27,067 nucleotides of DNA from Telluribacter sp. (GTDB lineage: Bacteria > Bacteroidota > Bacteroidia > Cytophagales > Spirosomataceae), in contig JBEBSO010000001.1 in the NCBI GenBank assembly GCA_040394275.1, forward strand, positions 1 through 27,067, given 5' to 3'. This document shows positions 26,289-27,067 of this stretch, in pieces. Every line of letters begins with the position of its first letter. The stretch's first letter is position 1. The notes beneath the pieces are model-generated. The model was not told the origin of the DNA. It worked only from the letters and a program-made list of their open reading frames with translations, and made no database searches. The position numbers and the translations under genes are program-made.

Positions 26289-26857
26289 GTTCGCAGCCGG
26301 AATGAATACAGGAGCCCGCCGCAACAACCCAGAATGACGATCCATACGGGCGATACCTTGAACACGATCATCAGTACAAGCGCCATGGCGGGGAATATGG
26401 CGGTTTTCAGGGTGAGCTTGCTGGCCCGGGCCATAGAGAAGCAGGGGGCCACGATCAGGGCAACTGCCGCCGGGCGCAAGGCTTTGAACGCTTTGGCGAC
26501 CCAGATGTTTTCCTGGAGCCTGGTAAAGAACAGGGCGAGCAGGAGGATGATGCAAAAGGGCGCGATGATGGTTCCCAGGGCTGCCAGGATACCCCCTTTC
26601 AGCCCGTTTACTTTGTAGCCCACGAAAGCGGCGATATTGGTGGCGAATACGCCCGGGAGCGACTCGGTCATCGCGATGAGCTCGTAAAACTCGTTTCTGG
26701 AAAGCCAGTTTCTGTTCACGATGTCCCGCTCGATCAGGGGGATGACCGCATGGCCGCCGCCGATCGTAAAAACACCTATTTTCAGGAAAATAAGGAAGAT
26801 TTTCAATGTCCTTCCCGGGCGGAGGCCAGGCAGGTCTGTATGGTTCTTTTCGGTCAC
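26285..26857 (-). CDS. chrA: Chromate transporter, short-chain half (first subunit)
   Basis: FLKIGVFTIGGGHAVIPLIE, ESLPGVFATNIAAFVGYK..G..GG, ALRPAAVALI; GTG start position uncertain. Confidence 0.88.
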   Translation of the reverse strand: MTEKNHTDLPGLRPGRTLKIFLIFLKIGVFTIGGGHAVIPLIERDIVNRNWLSRNEFYELIAMTESLPGVFATNIAAFVGYKVNGLKGGILAALGTIIAPFCIILLLALFFTRLQENIWVAKAFKALRPAAVALIVAPCFSMARASKLTLKTAIFPAMALVLMIVFKVSPVWIVILGCCGGLLYSFRLRT

Positions 26858-27067
26858 CGGGTACTTTATTTTGAAGCCTTTTCCTTTTCCGTCAAGTTAG
26901 GAAAGTTTTGTATAGCTCCGTCGTTTTTTTGTTGTCTTCGGGAGAAAATCGGCAGTGATTTTCGTCGCGGGTGATTTTATCCGGCAGACCCCGGGATTAA
27001 ATTTTTCTTTTAACCTGTCCCGGTTTTACAAAAACCGTATTATTTTTAGGAAAAATATAACCCTGTC

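Noticed and set aside
1-27067. tRNA, rRNA, CRISPR arrays, transposases or integrases
   Set aside because: None recognised on either strand

Overview
Bacteroidota chromosomal window, GC-rich in coding regions; a Cytophagales-like origin is inferred from gene style and TAnnTTTG promoters. The left arm (minus strand, 47-11000) is a LacI-controlled pectin utilization locus: LacI, SusC, SusD, an FN3/beta-helix surface lipoprotein, a PL1 lyase and a PL10 lyase. It has a CAATCGATTG operator beside the lacI promoter and a second operator inside a perfect 40-bp palindrome upstream of susC. Divergently (plus strand, 11368-20473) lies an ECF-sigma / FecR / TonB-transducer SusC / SusD locus whose only enzyme is a probably Tat-exported N,N-dimethylformamidase-beta-like (DUF6605-type) protein, with no glycosidase. 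This second locus carries (i) a predicted ~95-nt antisense sRNA in the susC leader, with its promoter over the start codon and its own terminator, and (ii) two diverged copies of an ~80-nt structured intergenic element with a covarying stem. The right part holds a TPR lipoprotein + GT2, an SRP RNA with a non-GNRA apical loop, a transaldolase/FSA-family gene, an FtsE-like ATPase, a DUF1801 gene, a 5'-truncated SRPBCC pseudogene broken at a 54-nt hairpin, a CPBP protease and a split chromate-transporter pair. All family calls come from motif recognition by eye; no database searches were run.
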